A DNA stretch of 64,000 bases, from NCBI GenBank assembly GCA_964304625.1, contig OZ199838.1:10655637-10719636 (forward strand), given 5' to 3'. How positions within the stretch are numbered: the stretch's first letter is position 1; every line of letters begins with the position of its first letter. Positions 39,280 to 59,375 of this stretch are shown here, one piece after another. Source of the DNA: Kudoa neothunni. Its lineage: Eukaryota; Animalia; Cnidaria. The notes below the pieces were generated by a model, which was not told the origin of the DNA, searched no databases, and worked only from the letters and a program-made list of their open reading frames with translations. The position numbers were made by a program, and so were the translations under genes.

Positions 39280-41367
39280 ATGTATATAAAGCTGAAGTGC
39301 CCGGGTGTGTGTCAGTATGTACGCATATGCGTCAATATTTTTTCCTTATAGAGAGACATGTATGAAATTTCTTAAAAATTACGTTTCAAAAAATCATTAA
39401 ATCGTTTTCACACTATGAAATGTACCCAAAAGTGTTTAGAAACTGGTGATTTTGTCGATTCACAGTTTGTTAAACAGATTACCCGGTTACAACCATGGGA
39501 TTAACATCTGCTTATTACCAGCTGATGGTTGGTTGAAGTTAATTTTCCCCTTTATATGCTATATCAAATGTTGATTAACTGCTGCCATCCGACTTTGTAT
39601 ACAAATTTAGTGTGTAAATTTAGGTGTTCGTGCGAATGCACTCATTTTTGGAGTTTCAATGTATTTGACATGATAAACACATTTTGAAGGTTCTATTAAT
39701 GATTTAAAATGTGAGAAAAAGTCTATATATATTTCGTGAACAACAAATTGGTGGAGAACGTTAAAATTACATTGATTGGAATATTATAATGGAAATATTG
39801 CGTTCGTAGATTTCATTGAAATCGTCCGATAAGTTTAACTTTCCGTGATTATATTATTCAATGCAGATGATTGTACTTTTATTTCATCCAATTATTTAAA
39901 TTGTTTATGTTGAATTTGACGCAATTTGTGCCGTTTATAGGAAGAAGTGCGTTAAGCTCTTGCCGGACCAAACGATGCTAATTTTAGCAATATCAATTAA
40001 TTTTCATACGTTTACTTCTAACTCTATATCTTATTCAATTTATTTGTCTCCTGTAAACAGTGGTTAACAAACTTTCTGAGCCGGACCAAAAATAACGTTT
40101 AGGGTAACATTTTAATGGGATTTAAATAAGTCTGGAATTCAAAAAAATGCGACATCGACAATAAATTATTTAGCGTTGGTGTCGGGATTGATACTTTGCT
40201 TCACAGAAATGACCATAATTTAAATTTCGCTAATCCAACTCGTTGAAAGTATGTCAGGTCAAAATTTTTGGTTAATTTGAAACCTAAATATATTTTTTGA
40301 ATATTATTGAGAAACGTGTTTATGCTAAATCTTCCCCAAGCAACACTAGGCAGTTCCCGCTTGTGATTTAATAAAAAGATTTCGCATTTCGCATAATACA
40401 TTATTTGTGAATCTTCAAATTTTAAATCGTGTTCCATTACAAATTACTTCAAATATTAAACTATATAAGTTGGCTAGTTGATCAAAATTTGATCTAATTT
40501 TTAATTTTTTGTTTAATGAGAAATTAGTATATCTTAAAATTAAAAAATAATTATCGTTAAAAGTTGATATTCCATGGTTGTTTTGTAAGTCAGAAAATTT
40601 TTGATTTAAAATAACAAATTATATTTTTTGTTTGTAATTTTTGCCCAACAATTTTATTTGGCTAATATTATAAAATTAGATTTATAATGTAATGAAGTTT
40701 TAAGAGGGTTCATTCAATCATTCTTTGGCCAATAATAGACCCTAGTGCACTTTTAACTTACAGTCGTTTGGGATGCTGTTTTATTTTTTGAAAAAATGTA
40801 GCAGTCATAAAAATGTATAATACCTCTAGGCTTTAACTTGTAACTTTTTTATAATTTAATTTTGAAACGAAATTTAGAAGACAAAGAATAATGCATCTAC
40901 AAATTCAATGTTTATTTTAAATAACTGATGGGGATTTTGTATGAATAGGAGCAGAAGGAAGGGACATCAGCGTTTGAAACAACAAAATGTCAGGTGTAAT
41001 TTTCATTAATTTCGCCACAAAAATATTTTTCATATTTTCAGCTTTATGAAAAATATAAATTGTAATCCTATTTCAATACTTTGGGTATAAAATCAAAAAT
41101 TATATAACGAACAATGTAAAATTGATAGGGCACAACGTTAGTCAAAATATGGCGCGATTTTTTAAACGTCTGCCTAATTACTGTGAAAATATTATATTTT
41201 ATTCCTAACTTTGGAAGACTCGCATGATTTGTCATAATTGGTAATAAATTGTGTTTAGCCCCAACGAGCGTAAATATTTGTTGAGGAAAAACCTGCACGA
41301 TGGAATAAATTGCAAAATTTCTACCAAACGAGTAATTATATACAGTTATCAACGTAATCGTAATTTT

Positions 41368-41921
41368 GGTTAAAATGTAGAATAGTGGCCGTAATCCAAA
41401 TCAGCGGCCACGATAAAAATCGAACCTGTTGATTATTCTAATTTTTTGTATTTATCATTGTTTCACCACCAGTAGCTTATTTTCGGCACTGTATTTGTTA
41501 TCGATAATAATTTTTGTAATATACTCTTTAAATAACTGCTATCCCCTCGTAGTTATTTCCACAGGGCATACCATTTAATCGATAGAGTAAAGATTTATTT
41601 ATTTATCTTAATAAATAAGAGCGAGACAACTATGATTTTTTATTTATTGTCATATTTCATCATTAGCGATTGCCTGTTACTAATTCTATGTCTATAAGAA
41701 TAAGAATAAGAAATTAATATTATCTGCAAGCATTAGGTGTTACATTGTATCAAATGCATAACGTTAAGATCAAAAATATTTTATTGTAATTAATCCACTC
41801 ATTCCTACCATCAAATGATCAACATATTTCATGCTAATTTATTATAAAAAATACAGGAATAATCCACGAACCAATTATAATCTCTAATCGGAAAATGTGG
41901 CCACTATTCTACATTTTAACC
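41368..41921. mobile_element. MITE, probably Merlin superfamily
   Basis: Perfect 23-bp TIR GGTTAAAATGTAGAATAGTGGCC; perfect 8-bp TSD GTAATTTT. Confidence 0.8.
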
Positions 41922-42557
41922 GTAATTTTTTATCTAAGAGATTTAACATAAATACTTCGAGCTCTAAATTATCTCATAATTTCTCTGTTAGATACTTCAA
42001 TAAATAAATCGTCTTCAATATGGTTGTGATATCCATTCAGATTTAGCGTTTCGGTGGTAAATAAAATAAATTAATAATCAGATGAAATAGAGAATAATAT
42101 TAAAGATTGTATTTCAGAGGCAATTTTCAAATCAGACAAATCTAATTTAAGGTACCATAAAAACACAGCTTTTCTGCAGGCGAAGAGATCAAAAAATTGT
42201 GTCCTATTTTTAACATTTATTTAAATGAATAATAATCTCTACAGAATGTAAATTAAAAAAGAAACGAAATATTTTCTTTAAAGATAAAGAGAAGTTAATT
42301 CTGTAAAACGTCGCAATATTTATTTAAGTTCATAAGAGAGCAGCAGAATTTTTCTTTTTCTCGGCGGTATAATAAGCGTTGATTACTTCCATCAAATAGA
42401 TGTAGATAATAAAATCGATGAATGTAAATTTAATCCAATATTTGACCATTTTTTTAATAATTGACACGAAAAACCTCAAACGACACTGTTATGTATATTA
42501 ATATAGATACAAACCCTCAAAATATTATCTAAGTGATTTCAACTAACAAATTAACTA

Positions 42558-44845
42558 AGAAGTGTCTATTAGCCCGAACAAATTGTTTGTACCTATTTAA
42601 AGGATCCTTTTTAAATTTTAATGATTTAAAAAATTATTAAAATGGATTATATATTAATGTGAAAAAAATAAAAGAATTTTGCCCTTGGGAATCTGTGATA
42701 TAAGGCGTTACTTAGGAAAGACCCATCCTCATCATTATTGTAATTTATCGCTGTAAATGCTCTATTTTCTTCATAAACTTGTTTAACATTTGAATGAAAT
42801 GTTTTTATGATTTTTTATCAGTAAGAAATTTATTCGTTCCATGTATTATGCAATAATAATTTTCTGATATGATATATCCGTGTTATATTCATAGTTTTAA
42901 ATGAATTCACTGTTGTAATCATGTTATTTGCTATTTTCAATATTTTTTAATTGATTTCATCCATATAAATGGTTGTCGTAAACCCAAAACTCCAAATAGC
43001 GTCAAATGTCCGACATTGATATTTTTTATAATATCGGTATAAAATCGCTCAATGTAAATAAATATTGTGAATATGATTTTTTTATTTGAAAATGAATCAA
43101 ATTTGTTGATTTATACCTAATTTAATGTCACCTAATCAGGACACTTCACATACTCTCTTATTTAGACTTCGCATACAAACTGAATTTTGACGATACTAAT
43201 TGAAATTTAATGTTCTCAATTAAAATATATAGTTGTTATTATCCACTATAACAATTTTATTCATATTTGGACCATTATTTTCAATGTTTAAATATATAAC
43301 TTTTTATTAGTGATTTTATTCAAAAAATGTTGGACTTAGACTTTTTTCACCAAGCTATGTATCACACAGATGTTCTCATAAATTCAACTACATGACTATA
43401 TGAATTTTGTAAAATTGATCGAACGTATTTGATAAAAAAATCCTTTTAAATTATTGTAACATAAATACCATCTTATGGATGGGTAAAATACATATTCATG
43501 ATGGTATAAGATATATTTAAATAGCATATGAATTAAAACGAAAGTTTTTTATCATGATTTCTCTTACTATCATTCTTCTGTTTTACAATTCATACAACTC
43601 TAATATTTTGAGGACGGGTTCAGTTTAATATGTTGGCATTTAAAATAGCTCGATTGAAGACATGTCGCAGCCTATAGTCTCATTGTTGATTTCCCATATC
43701 TCTAAACATCTTCCTTTTTTATTTGAATTTTTTTAAAATTACAGGCTCTTTGTATGTGATTTACAAGAGTGCTTCATGTTAGACACTTTATTCAATGAAA
43801 CAAAGTTCCCCTTTCTCGTAATATTTTTTCTTGGATTACTTTGGAATTTCCGTTATCTTGAACAAATTGAGCGATAACATAACTTTCATCCTTCGATATT
43901 TTATTTCTACTATGTAAAAATTGTGATGGAAAGTTCGTAGAATCATGGTTATGTGATAAGTCAAAGAATTTTAATACGAATTTTTTTACGTCGGCGGTGA
44001 CTGAAAATTTTAGAAACATTGGGCATGCTTTGTAATAAGAATTCGAATTTCTTCTACCAACAGGTCGTTTTCTCTAAAATAACGACAGCATGTTTTCGAA
44101 CTTTAATGCATATAAAAAATTTATTTAAATTTTTGAAGAAATTAAGTTTTTGTCGCGATGAACCCAGCAGTATTTTTTATGATAAAACTAAAGTATTGGA
44201 TTTAACGTTTTATTACATCGCTTCTAAGTTCTTTCGATGGTTTAAGAGTCATATATGGATAAACTACCCATGGAGTTTTGTTCGTATTCTTCTATTTTCA
44301 ACTTTAACTCCTCAAAAATGCTAAAAGTATTTCCAGTTTGAAAAATCGTATTAAGTTCAGGCAATCTCATTCCATAAACACGCGCGTAGGAGTAAAATCA
44401 AAATTTTTCGTTTGCTATAACCAAACATCTTTAAATACAACAACTATATACTTTATATTTTTGGTCTAGTGAAAAATCCTACATTTTTTTACAATAATTT
44501 TGTATTACAACATTAGGGGATGATTACAATCAAATCAACGCACGTTACAATAAAATTAAAACTATTAAAATAAAAATTTTAGTTATATAGATAATTAAAA
44601 GTTAAGTCAGAACTAAAAATGTTCATTTGAATAAATAAATAACTCATAAACTCAATATAAAGACTTCTTACGGTCCATTTAGTCGAAACCATATTACATT
44701 ATACAGAATATTTTTAAACGATATAACTCGATAAAAACATTAAGTACACAATTGCGAGTTGTTTTATATCAGACAACACTGATTCACTATAATAAAAAGC
44801 TCGAAAATTAAATAAATAAATTTGTTCGGGCCAATAGACACTGCC
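42558..44845 (-). mobile_element. Mutator/MULE element (decayed), same family as 30490-32441
   Basis: TIR AGTGTCTATTAGCCCGAACAAATT / AATTTGTTCGGGCCAATAGACACT; perfect 9-bp TSD AATTAACTA; fragment LKFFDLSHNH..NGNSKVIQ shared with copy 1. Confidence 0.9.
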
Positions 44846-45043
44846 AATTAACTAACCATACTAATAACGATTAAAAATTATGGCCTAATCCTCTGCATCT
44901 GAAGTACATATAAATTAGCGTGCAACATGCATGAATGGAATAATAAAAAATTTAAAGGAAGAAATTAACAATACATAAAAGATCTTAATAAAAGTTATGC
45001 AGAGCTTTACTAAGATAGATTATCCATGAAATGATGGCTGCTC

Positions 45044-50446
<5,403 letters not shown>

Positions 50447-50904
50447 TACCGAAAGCCGCCTGTAATCTACCCACTTCAATGCTCACGCATTTATGTTGGT
50501 AACGACGCGCCATCTTTAATGCGCGTGCGCCATAATTTATGTGCGATCGTCCTGGCTTAGGTTTTTTGGTCTTTTAAATGCTTTACTGTAGTTAGAGGAT
50601 TAAAAATATAATTATTTAACATTTATTTATCGTGTTCTGTTTGCATTGAATTTGGCGGTCATATCAATCAGATGGGATATTTACTTCTAAATGTCTCCAC
50701 TTTCTTATTGATACTGTATCTACGTAATAGATCAAGATTATTTCAGTGTTTAATTAGAATATTTTAAAATCATTAATGATAACGAATCTTAACATACGTT
50801 TATAAAAATTCGTTGAAAGGAATTTTTATAATCTTTCAGCTACATATTTTTGGTAGGAATTCCCATCTGTTTTTGAAATTTACCACCTCAGCTTGGTGAA
50901 ACAT

Positions 50905-51246
50905 CCAAATTTACCCCCTAACTTAGGAGCTAAATCCATATATACTTTAAGGTTGTATACTTATTTAAGTACTATCAGGTTACGTCTCGTAAAGGTAAAC
51001 GAGGAATAAAAGGGAGTGGCTGATTATAGTTTCGTAAATAATTGTTAACCACCAATTCCTAAAAATATTTTAAGCATTTTTGCCAACATTCTAATAGAGT
51101 TCAATAACTCTGAATAATATAACTCCCTCGAAATTATTAAGTACGTGAAAACCCGCATTATGCAAAAATGTCTCGTATCCAATTTCGAAATCACTTAATT
51201 TACTACCCCATGCCATCAAAAATTTACCCCTGGTTGCGAACTCCTG
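50905..51246 (-). mobile_element. Decayed inverted relative of the 47095-47605 MITE
   Basis: AATTTACCCCCTAA..TTAAGGTT matches reverse complement of ~47530-47580; ends GGTTGCGAACTCCTG. Confidence 0.55.
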
Positions 51247-51829
51247 TTTTATAGTCTCGGTTACCCTAACTTACGCTCTAACAGGGGTTAGGAACAATTG
51301 ATTGTTGTTTGTAAAAACCAATTATTGATCTTGCAATCAATTATTTTTAATCAATAAACTATTTAATACATGAAGGTTTTACATTAAAAATAGTCAAAAC
51401 CAAACGACTAAAAATAATTGAAATAAAAAATTTTTTAACTATAATTTGTTATAATCGTTATTTTCTTAATAAAACTAGAAATATTTTTTTCTAAAAGCAA
51501 ATAAATATTTTATGAATACTAAAATTAGATTAATAAAATAACGCGAAGTGATAGGTTGTATAAAAAACCTTATTAATACCAATTATTTTAACGAAATCGC
51601 CAATAATAAACGATTAATCATTTTTATTTTAGTTATAAGAATAAATATGTTCGTAAATTATTTTTACTACGTTTAATCTTAATTAATCTAAGTTATAATT
51701 GATTTCGTCTTACATTATTGTCTATTATAGAAAAAATTAATATAAAATCGAGATAAAAACATGGAAAAATAGTAAATGATACCGTAATACAATTGTAATA
51801 TAATAACAAAGATATGAGTAAACAAAAAT

Positions 51830-52120
51830 ACTTCAAATGTGTGAATTTATGGAGATGATTTAAATTATTGTTTCAAAAATCTAGATTTTGATTAAGAATA
51901 TTTTGTCGATATTGACCTTATAAATATAGAGAGGGTGATTAAGGTTTTTAAAGTTGCATCAATTGATCAACTAACCATAAAAAAATCGTATTTAATTAGT
52001 TACTTGGAAAGAATAAAAATTTATGTTACAAATTTTTAGTTAAAATATTAATTAGAATCGAAGTTGGTCAATATTTAGATTACATTAAAAAATCACTTTA
52101 TATATTAGAAGACTTTTAAG
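51830..52120 (+). pseudogene. Possible CR1/L2-like LINE remnant
   Basis: IYGDDL, DIDLINIERV and SYLERI fragments. Confidence 0.3.
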
Positions 52121-52242
52121 AATTGGTCATGTAAATCTAGCATTAGATCGGAGGATGCATTATCTGATCCAAATAAAGTATAAAAAGCAAAATATATTAC
52201 TCTAGGTAATGGTAAAGTATGTGACTCTAGAAAAACACCATC

Positions 52243-53716
52243 TTGCGCACGTTTTTTCTCGTTTTTTCTTTTACGGTTATCAATAATAAATCAAAAGAAT
52301 ACTGAATGCAAATATTGAGCTCAAATAAATTATTTCTAAATTTATTGCCTAATTCCTATTCGAATACAGTCGGATACACGTGTAATCTATACCGTTTTGC
52401 AATAAACACTGAAAAAATCTCATAACTTGCTTATTTCGAAAATTATCTAAAATTTCTATTTTATATTATTTTCAATAAAAACGATATTAAATTTTTCTGT
52501 GTTTATTTACCGCGTGAAAATCGCGATAACGGAGCTTTTAAGTTTAGAGGGAACGATGACTTTTTCTGTTTAATTAATGATCATGATAGGTTATTTTAAA
52601 ATTGGTAACAAAAGATTACCTTAAAGCTGTTGCAAAAAGATGTGACTTTAATTGTTGGAATTTTGAAATCTTTACTTTAAAAAAAGAGAAAATTAAATGT
52701 AAGGAGACCAATGACAGAAACTTCGTGCTGTGAGAGAAATCACATTGATTATGCCATCACTTACAGCAATAAAAATTATTTACCTTCGGCGGAATAACGA
52801 TTTGAGGTAGTTAAGGTGTAAAACTAGTGTTTCCCCTTGAAACCGTACTTTTTTCTCTAGTATGGCTTCTGTTAGTTCAACCAACAAATTAACAATAAGA
52901 AAATACATTTTTGTTTAGAAAATGCTATATTAAAATTTGCAAACAGTGATTTGGGCGTAACATACATATTAAATTTTAAATTATTTCATTTCAAAGCTTA
53001 ATTGTATACTGTAACAATAATGAAACATCATTTTATTAAAACAACTATTTTTGTTCCAATAAATTAAATTTGTAATGCAAATTAATCATATACTTCGTGT
53101 CGTATTTAAAGAATAAATAGGTAAATATACGATTTATTATTTGTAGAAGTTCTCTAACTTAATATCTTCAGATTAATTAAATACGTATTGAAACATTTTT
53201 AATTAATGTCTCTCTTCGATTTTATAACCGAAAATATCAATGTACGATTAGTATAATTATTGTTAGTTTCAATTTCGCAAGTAATTGGTGTATAAAGATT
53301 ACTTCATTGATGATAATGTACTAATAAAAATTTATAAACTAAAATAAACAATTATAGACATTAATAAATGGTTTAAAACTTAATTTGACATTTAAAAATA
53401 AAGATAGATGACACATTGCTTCTTAATATTAGACAAGCTTATTTAGAAGGGTTATTACGCTAAATTTGGCATGTAAATATTAAAAAAATTTAAATAATGT
53501 TCATAGTATACTAATTAGGACAAAATAAGCAAGTTATGAGATTTTTTCAGTGTTTATTGCAAAACGGTATAGATTACACGTGTATCCGACTGTATTCGAA
53601 TAGGAATTAGGCAATAAATTTAGAAATAATTTATTTGAGCTCAATATTTGCATTCAGTATTCTTTTGATTTATTATTGATAACCGTAAAAGAAAAAACGA
53701 GAAAAAACGTGCGCAA
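52243..53716. repeat. Perfect 194-bp inverted repeat (52243-52436 / 53523-53716), 1086-bp spacer
   Basis: Base-by-base comparison of the arms shows no mismatch. Confidence 0.97.
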
Positions 53717-54033
53717 TATCTAGGTTCGACTGTATTATGATGTAAGAATCCCCGGGAAGTGTAATTATGAGATATGGCCCCAACACAAGATGTTAAAAAT
53801 GTCAAGTACACGATAACAGCGAAGGAATTAGCAATCACTTTTGTAAAAATTAATCACAACTCCCTCAAAGTTCTATACAATCAACAAATTTAAGAGATAG
53901 AGACGCGCAACCTAAAGAAAACTGCGCAATCAATGAGACCAATCAACCCGAACTATAACACGAGGAGTCAAATCATATCCGAATTCAGTATAGAGGTGTT
54001 TAAATTAGATAGGTAGATAGATAGGATATGGAG

Positions 54034-55256
<1,223 letters not shown>

Positions 55257-56189
55257 CTTCCTCGTTCGTGTAATCGTCGGTAGTTGAACTCGTGCAAACG
55301 ATCCCGTAACCGATTAGCTCGTGGGAACTATCGGAGCTAATTCGCTCTAATAAGGCGTAAGGTTTTTCTATAAATTTGCTCCTAAGCGCATAAGTTGGAT
55401 CAAATGATTAAATTTACACCGATACGTTTACATAGATATCTAACAAGTTGTTAGGAATCCTAAGACTTAATACTCTTGAGATGAAAAACAAATTTGATGA
55501 TATGCTAAATAAGAAAATCACGATTCATATGCCATCCATTATTTTTTTATACTTTTATACTTTAAAAAAAATTATTTATTTCATCCGATACAAATACCGT
55601 ATACATATTATCAAATCAATCATATTGAATGTGTAACAAAAATAGGATTTGATCAATACTACTTTATCGCAGAATGGTGTTAGTGTTTCATTAATAGGCT
55701 TACGTAAACAACTAGAACCTTCTATGGGTTTCGTTTTGGATGAATAGTGCCTCGCCTTTTTTTACTTAAAATTTATGATTTTAATTTTCTGTACATCCAA
55801 TTTCATTAAATGATATATTTTAGTTTTTATAAACTGTATAATTATTTTATGAACGCAGAGATTTTAGTAAATGCCTTGTCCCATCAAATTATCTCGCTTT
55901 ACATTGCTGAATGATACTCACTGGAACAACGCTCGTACGAAGTTAAAATTCGATGACGCTAAAATAGGCAGTGAGTTTCATAAACTAAATTACACATGAA
56001 AAACAGTGTTAACATAATATGTGAATAGCATGAATTATGCCCCATGAGAATAAATCCGACTAAAAAAAACACATTATAAGCCAAATAAGAAATTCAATAA
56101 AGTGATGGCATTCTCCGAATTTTTGTTGTCAGTCCATCGCACATAAGCTTTCTGACAGTGCTGAGACGTAATTGGCCTATTAGTAAATT

Positions 56190-56750
56190 CCCTTCAATAA
56201 ATAAGGATATTATGTTTTCTGCAACTTCATATAAGACCTAGTTAATGCTCGCCTGGTCTTGGAACAATTCCACAATTAATTAACCTTTGTATATTTGTGA
56301 ATGTAATGATAGTAGTCACAGGTGAATTCAGTGGCATGAGTAGCCCTAAACGTTAGTCATTAGGGATTTCAGCTACATTGATTTTTAGGGCGATTTAATA
56401 ACCTGCAAAAATCTATGATCTAAAAAATTCACGCCAATGTCATTATAGTTGAACGCAATATAATGTGAATGTCATTCTGAATCCCCTCCATCCTCGCGAA
56501 GAATAAGTTAAAAGATTTTTTATCCTTTGAGAAATTGTTTGACACATTCTAGGTTAACGATGCACCAACCTCCATCCCCAAGTGGCAGCTTTGTTGTTCT
56601 CTACGAACATTAACTAATGCAATATTAATGGTATACCTTTTACTTTTCATAATTTTTTATATTACTACCTCTGGGGATTTTAAAGGCTAGAATGATGTCC
56701 TCCGACCAAAAGAATTTGTTTACCACCGCCTTAAGGGTACCGTAATTATA
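56190..56750 (-). pseudogene. Very decayed Tc1/mariner-like fragments
   Basis: KGGGKQILLVG and LINCGIVPRPG fragments loosely resemble DDE/D-domain segments. Confidence 0.25.
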
Positions 56751-59042
56751 TTCTCAACCAAATTTAATATCATTTGTATCCGACGAGTAGCCATCAGAGC
56801 AACAATAATACAAGTTGTTTCAAACTAACAAAAATTATACAATCAAATTTATTGAAAAATTTACTTCATATGATACATTTGAACTCAATTTTGTCCCTTG
56901 ACTATAGCACCCAAAAAAACGTTGAGGAAGTATTGCTATGGTGAAGATGTGTAGCTAATTAAGCCATTAACTTAAATGATAAATTACATGTTAGAAAATA
57001 GAAAAATGTTAATTTTCCGCTTTATAAATTAAAAAATCGTACTCTAGTTGTATAAAAACAAGACCAACTGACGATAAGACACTAGCTTACAACATAACAC
57101 TCAAAATATTTCAAAGCAGTTTTTGCGTGACATCGTCTTAAATAATTGTTGTGTTGGCTGTTTTAGAATGTCAAAATACCGATTTATTCTTCTTTTGCGT
57201 TAGAATGATATATTTAGTTATATACATCAATTTTCAGACCGATGAAGAAAAAAATTATAACCATATTAGTTTAACCTTGGATTGATAAACCTTTATTATT
57301 TTTAAAATAATTCCTTAACATACTTAAGTAAAATAATTTATATTTGTGTTGTTTATGGAAGTAACTATTAAATAGAAGTATTCTTCATTAGTCATTGTTG
57401 GTTTTATAGAAATGAGAAGTTGTTGGTGCTAATTATATTAATAATAGCCAAAATTATTTTATCCCCTAAAAAGTAACTCAGACTCTTAGATCACTGTCAT
57501 TTCTATAGAAGTTATTTAATTTTGTAGAGAATTTTTTCAATCACAATAAAAATTTTTTTATTATATTAATACATTAGATATCAAACAATTTAGCCAATTT
57601 CCCTATATTAAGGTTTAATGCGTTTGACAAATTCGTCTCCGACTTTAGTTACAACAGATTCTATAAGTAGTGAAATTTACTGTTTTATTCTGGATTTTTC
57701 AGCTTTATTAATTTTTATTGCATATATTGTTGATTTAAGATGTTATCCGACCGCCCGTAGAAATATCAATAAAACGGTGTTAACTAATTCATTCCAGAGT
57801 AACATTATCAATTTTCTAAATTCTTTAAACAACTTAAAGTGAATCATCGTAAATTTGATTTACTTTTTGTTGATGTGGGTTAATATGCACCTCGTGTTTT
57901 GCAACTACTATAATTGCCAGAATATTATCGAATCTGTCAAAAATTTTTTTAAGCATACACGTCTCTTAATAACAGCCAACTATTCCAATAATGATAAAAT
58001 GGGAATATTTTTACAATTATAGTTATTATTTTGAATTTTATGCTGATTCTGCATTAAAGAACACTTTTTTATAATAATGGTGTGAACCTAATAAAATTTT
58101 TCAAACTTAATCATTCAGAATAATGATTGTACAAATTCTCTGATTTCCAGCTGTAACCGTAGTTTGTGAAGTCTTTTCTAATATAATTTTGCTAACAAAT
58201 ATTTTTTTATCGAGTATAAAAGTCAGACCAAGTGTAACATATAGTTTTCAATAAATATAAACAATCTAAATTTTATGTAAAAGCATCATTTTAGCGGGTT
58301 TTGTATCAAGTCCTGGAAGGTGCCCAAATTACGCTTAAATAAATGTTGATTTTTACGTTCTCAAAGTTGGTTATTGAAGTTTTTTAAGTCTAAAATTTTT
58401 CCCTAAACCATATTTCAAAATGAAATCTGTTGACACATAAATACTTCAACTCCTTCATTGATTAAAACGCCAAAAAATTAAATTTTCAAATTCAAAATAA
58501 TATTTTCATACAATTTAGATATAAATAAAAACTGTGAATATTTTTTTCTTAGTTTAAATTTTTGAAATACCATCGAGTGAGATTATTATTTCATACACTG
58601 AAGCTTAATCGAAGAGAGCAATCTGATAACTTTAAGAATTTGTTGACATGTTGTTTCTCCAAAATTAATTCGGGATTTACATGCAACGACATCATATTAA
58701 ATAATTAATTATTTTAAAAATGAATAAAAAAATGTTAAAATGTACATACTTTGAATATAACAAGGCATTTTTTAAATTTCTTACATTAAGTAATGAATGA
58801 TACGATTAACGATAACGTTCTACAGGATATTTTAATTATACCTGGTTTCCAAGAATAATATAATATTTTTTGATAATATTATCCAATATTGATATTGCTA
58901 AAACAATATGAATAAAAAACAGCAAAAATTTGTACAAAATTCAAAGAAGCACCACTGTTAACAAATAAAGGGACGAAATTGTATAACTAATGGATATGAC
59001 TGAGTTATTGATTGTAATTGGCTGGAGGGAATAAATATATGA

Positions 59043-59375
59043 CTATTTAAAACCTCCAATAATAATTGCAGGTTGCGGTCCTAGTGCACAATAGGAATGA
59101 AGTAGATTCGGTGGAAAAATTATGATATCGCCGCTAATAAGAACAGTTTCTTTGCAGCCAACCCCCACTTGCAAGTAACCTGATACAACTCCCATTATTT
59201 TCTTATAGGAGTAGGAATGTTCAGGAAAATGACCATTTGGCTTGAACGAATATTGTTTTGTTTTGTAACCATACGATCTGACTTTTTGTTCCATAGTTTC
59301 CAAGCTGAGATAACCATCTTTATCAGTTTCCCAGCGGATAATTATTGGTTGTGAAAAGTCTATGTTTAGATCCAT
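59043..59375 (-). CDS. Small single-domain cupin protein, intronless
   Basis: YSFKPNGHFPEHSY..VVSG (motif 1) and LISGDIIIFPPNLLH (motif 2); clean ATG-to-stop 110 aa. Confidence 0.8.
   Translation of the reverse strand: MDLNIDFSQPIIIRWETDKDGYLSLETMEQKVRSYGYKTKQYSFKPNGHFPEHSYSYKKIMGVVSGYLQVGVGCKETVLISGDIIIFPPNLLHSYCALGPQPAIIIGGFK

Larger units (their letters stand above)
38184..40363 (+). mobile_element. Non-autonomous Helitron
   Basis: Starts TC, ends with degenerate hairpin CCCAAGCAACACTAGG and CTTG (CTAG-like); inserted between A and T with no TSD relative to the empty site at 23248/23249. Confidence 0.8.
37648..40517. repeat. Second copy of the 22643-23465 element, split by a Helitron
   Basis: 37648-38183 matches ~22722-23248 and 40364-40517 matches ~23249-23404. 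Confidence 0.85.

Noticed and set aside
55750-55770. U5 snRNA loop I-like TCGCCTTTTTTTACTT
   Set aside because: Extra Ts and no flanking stem.
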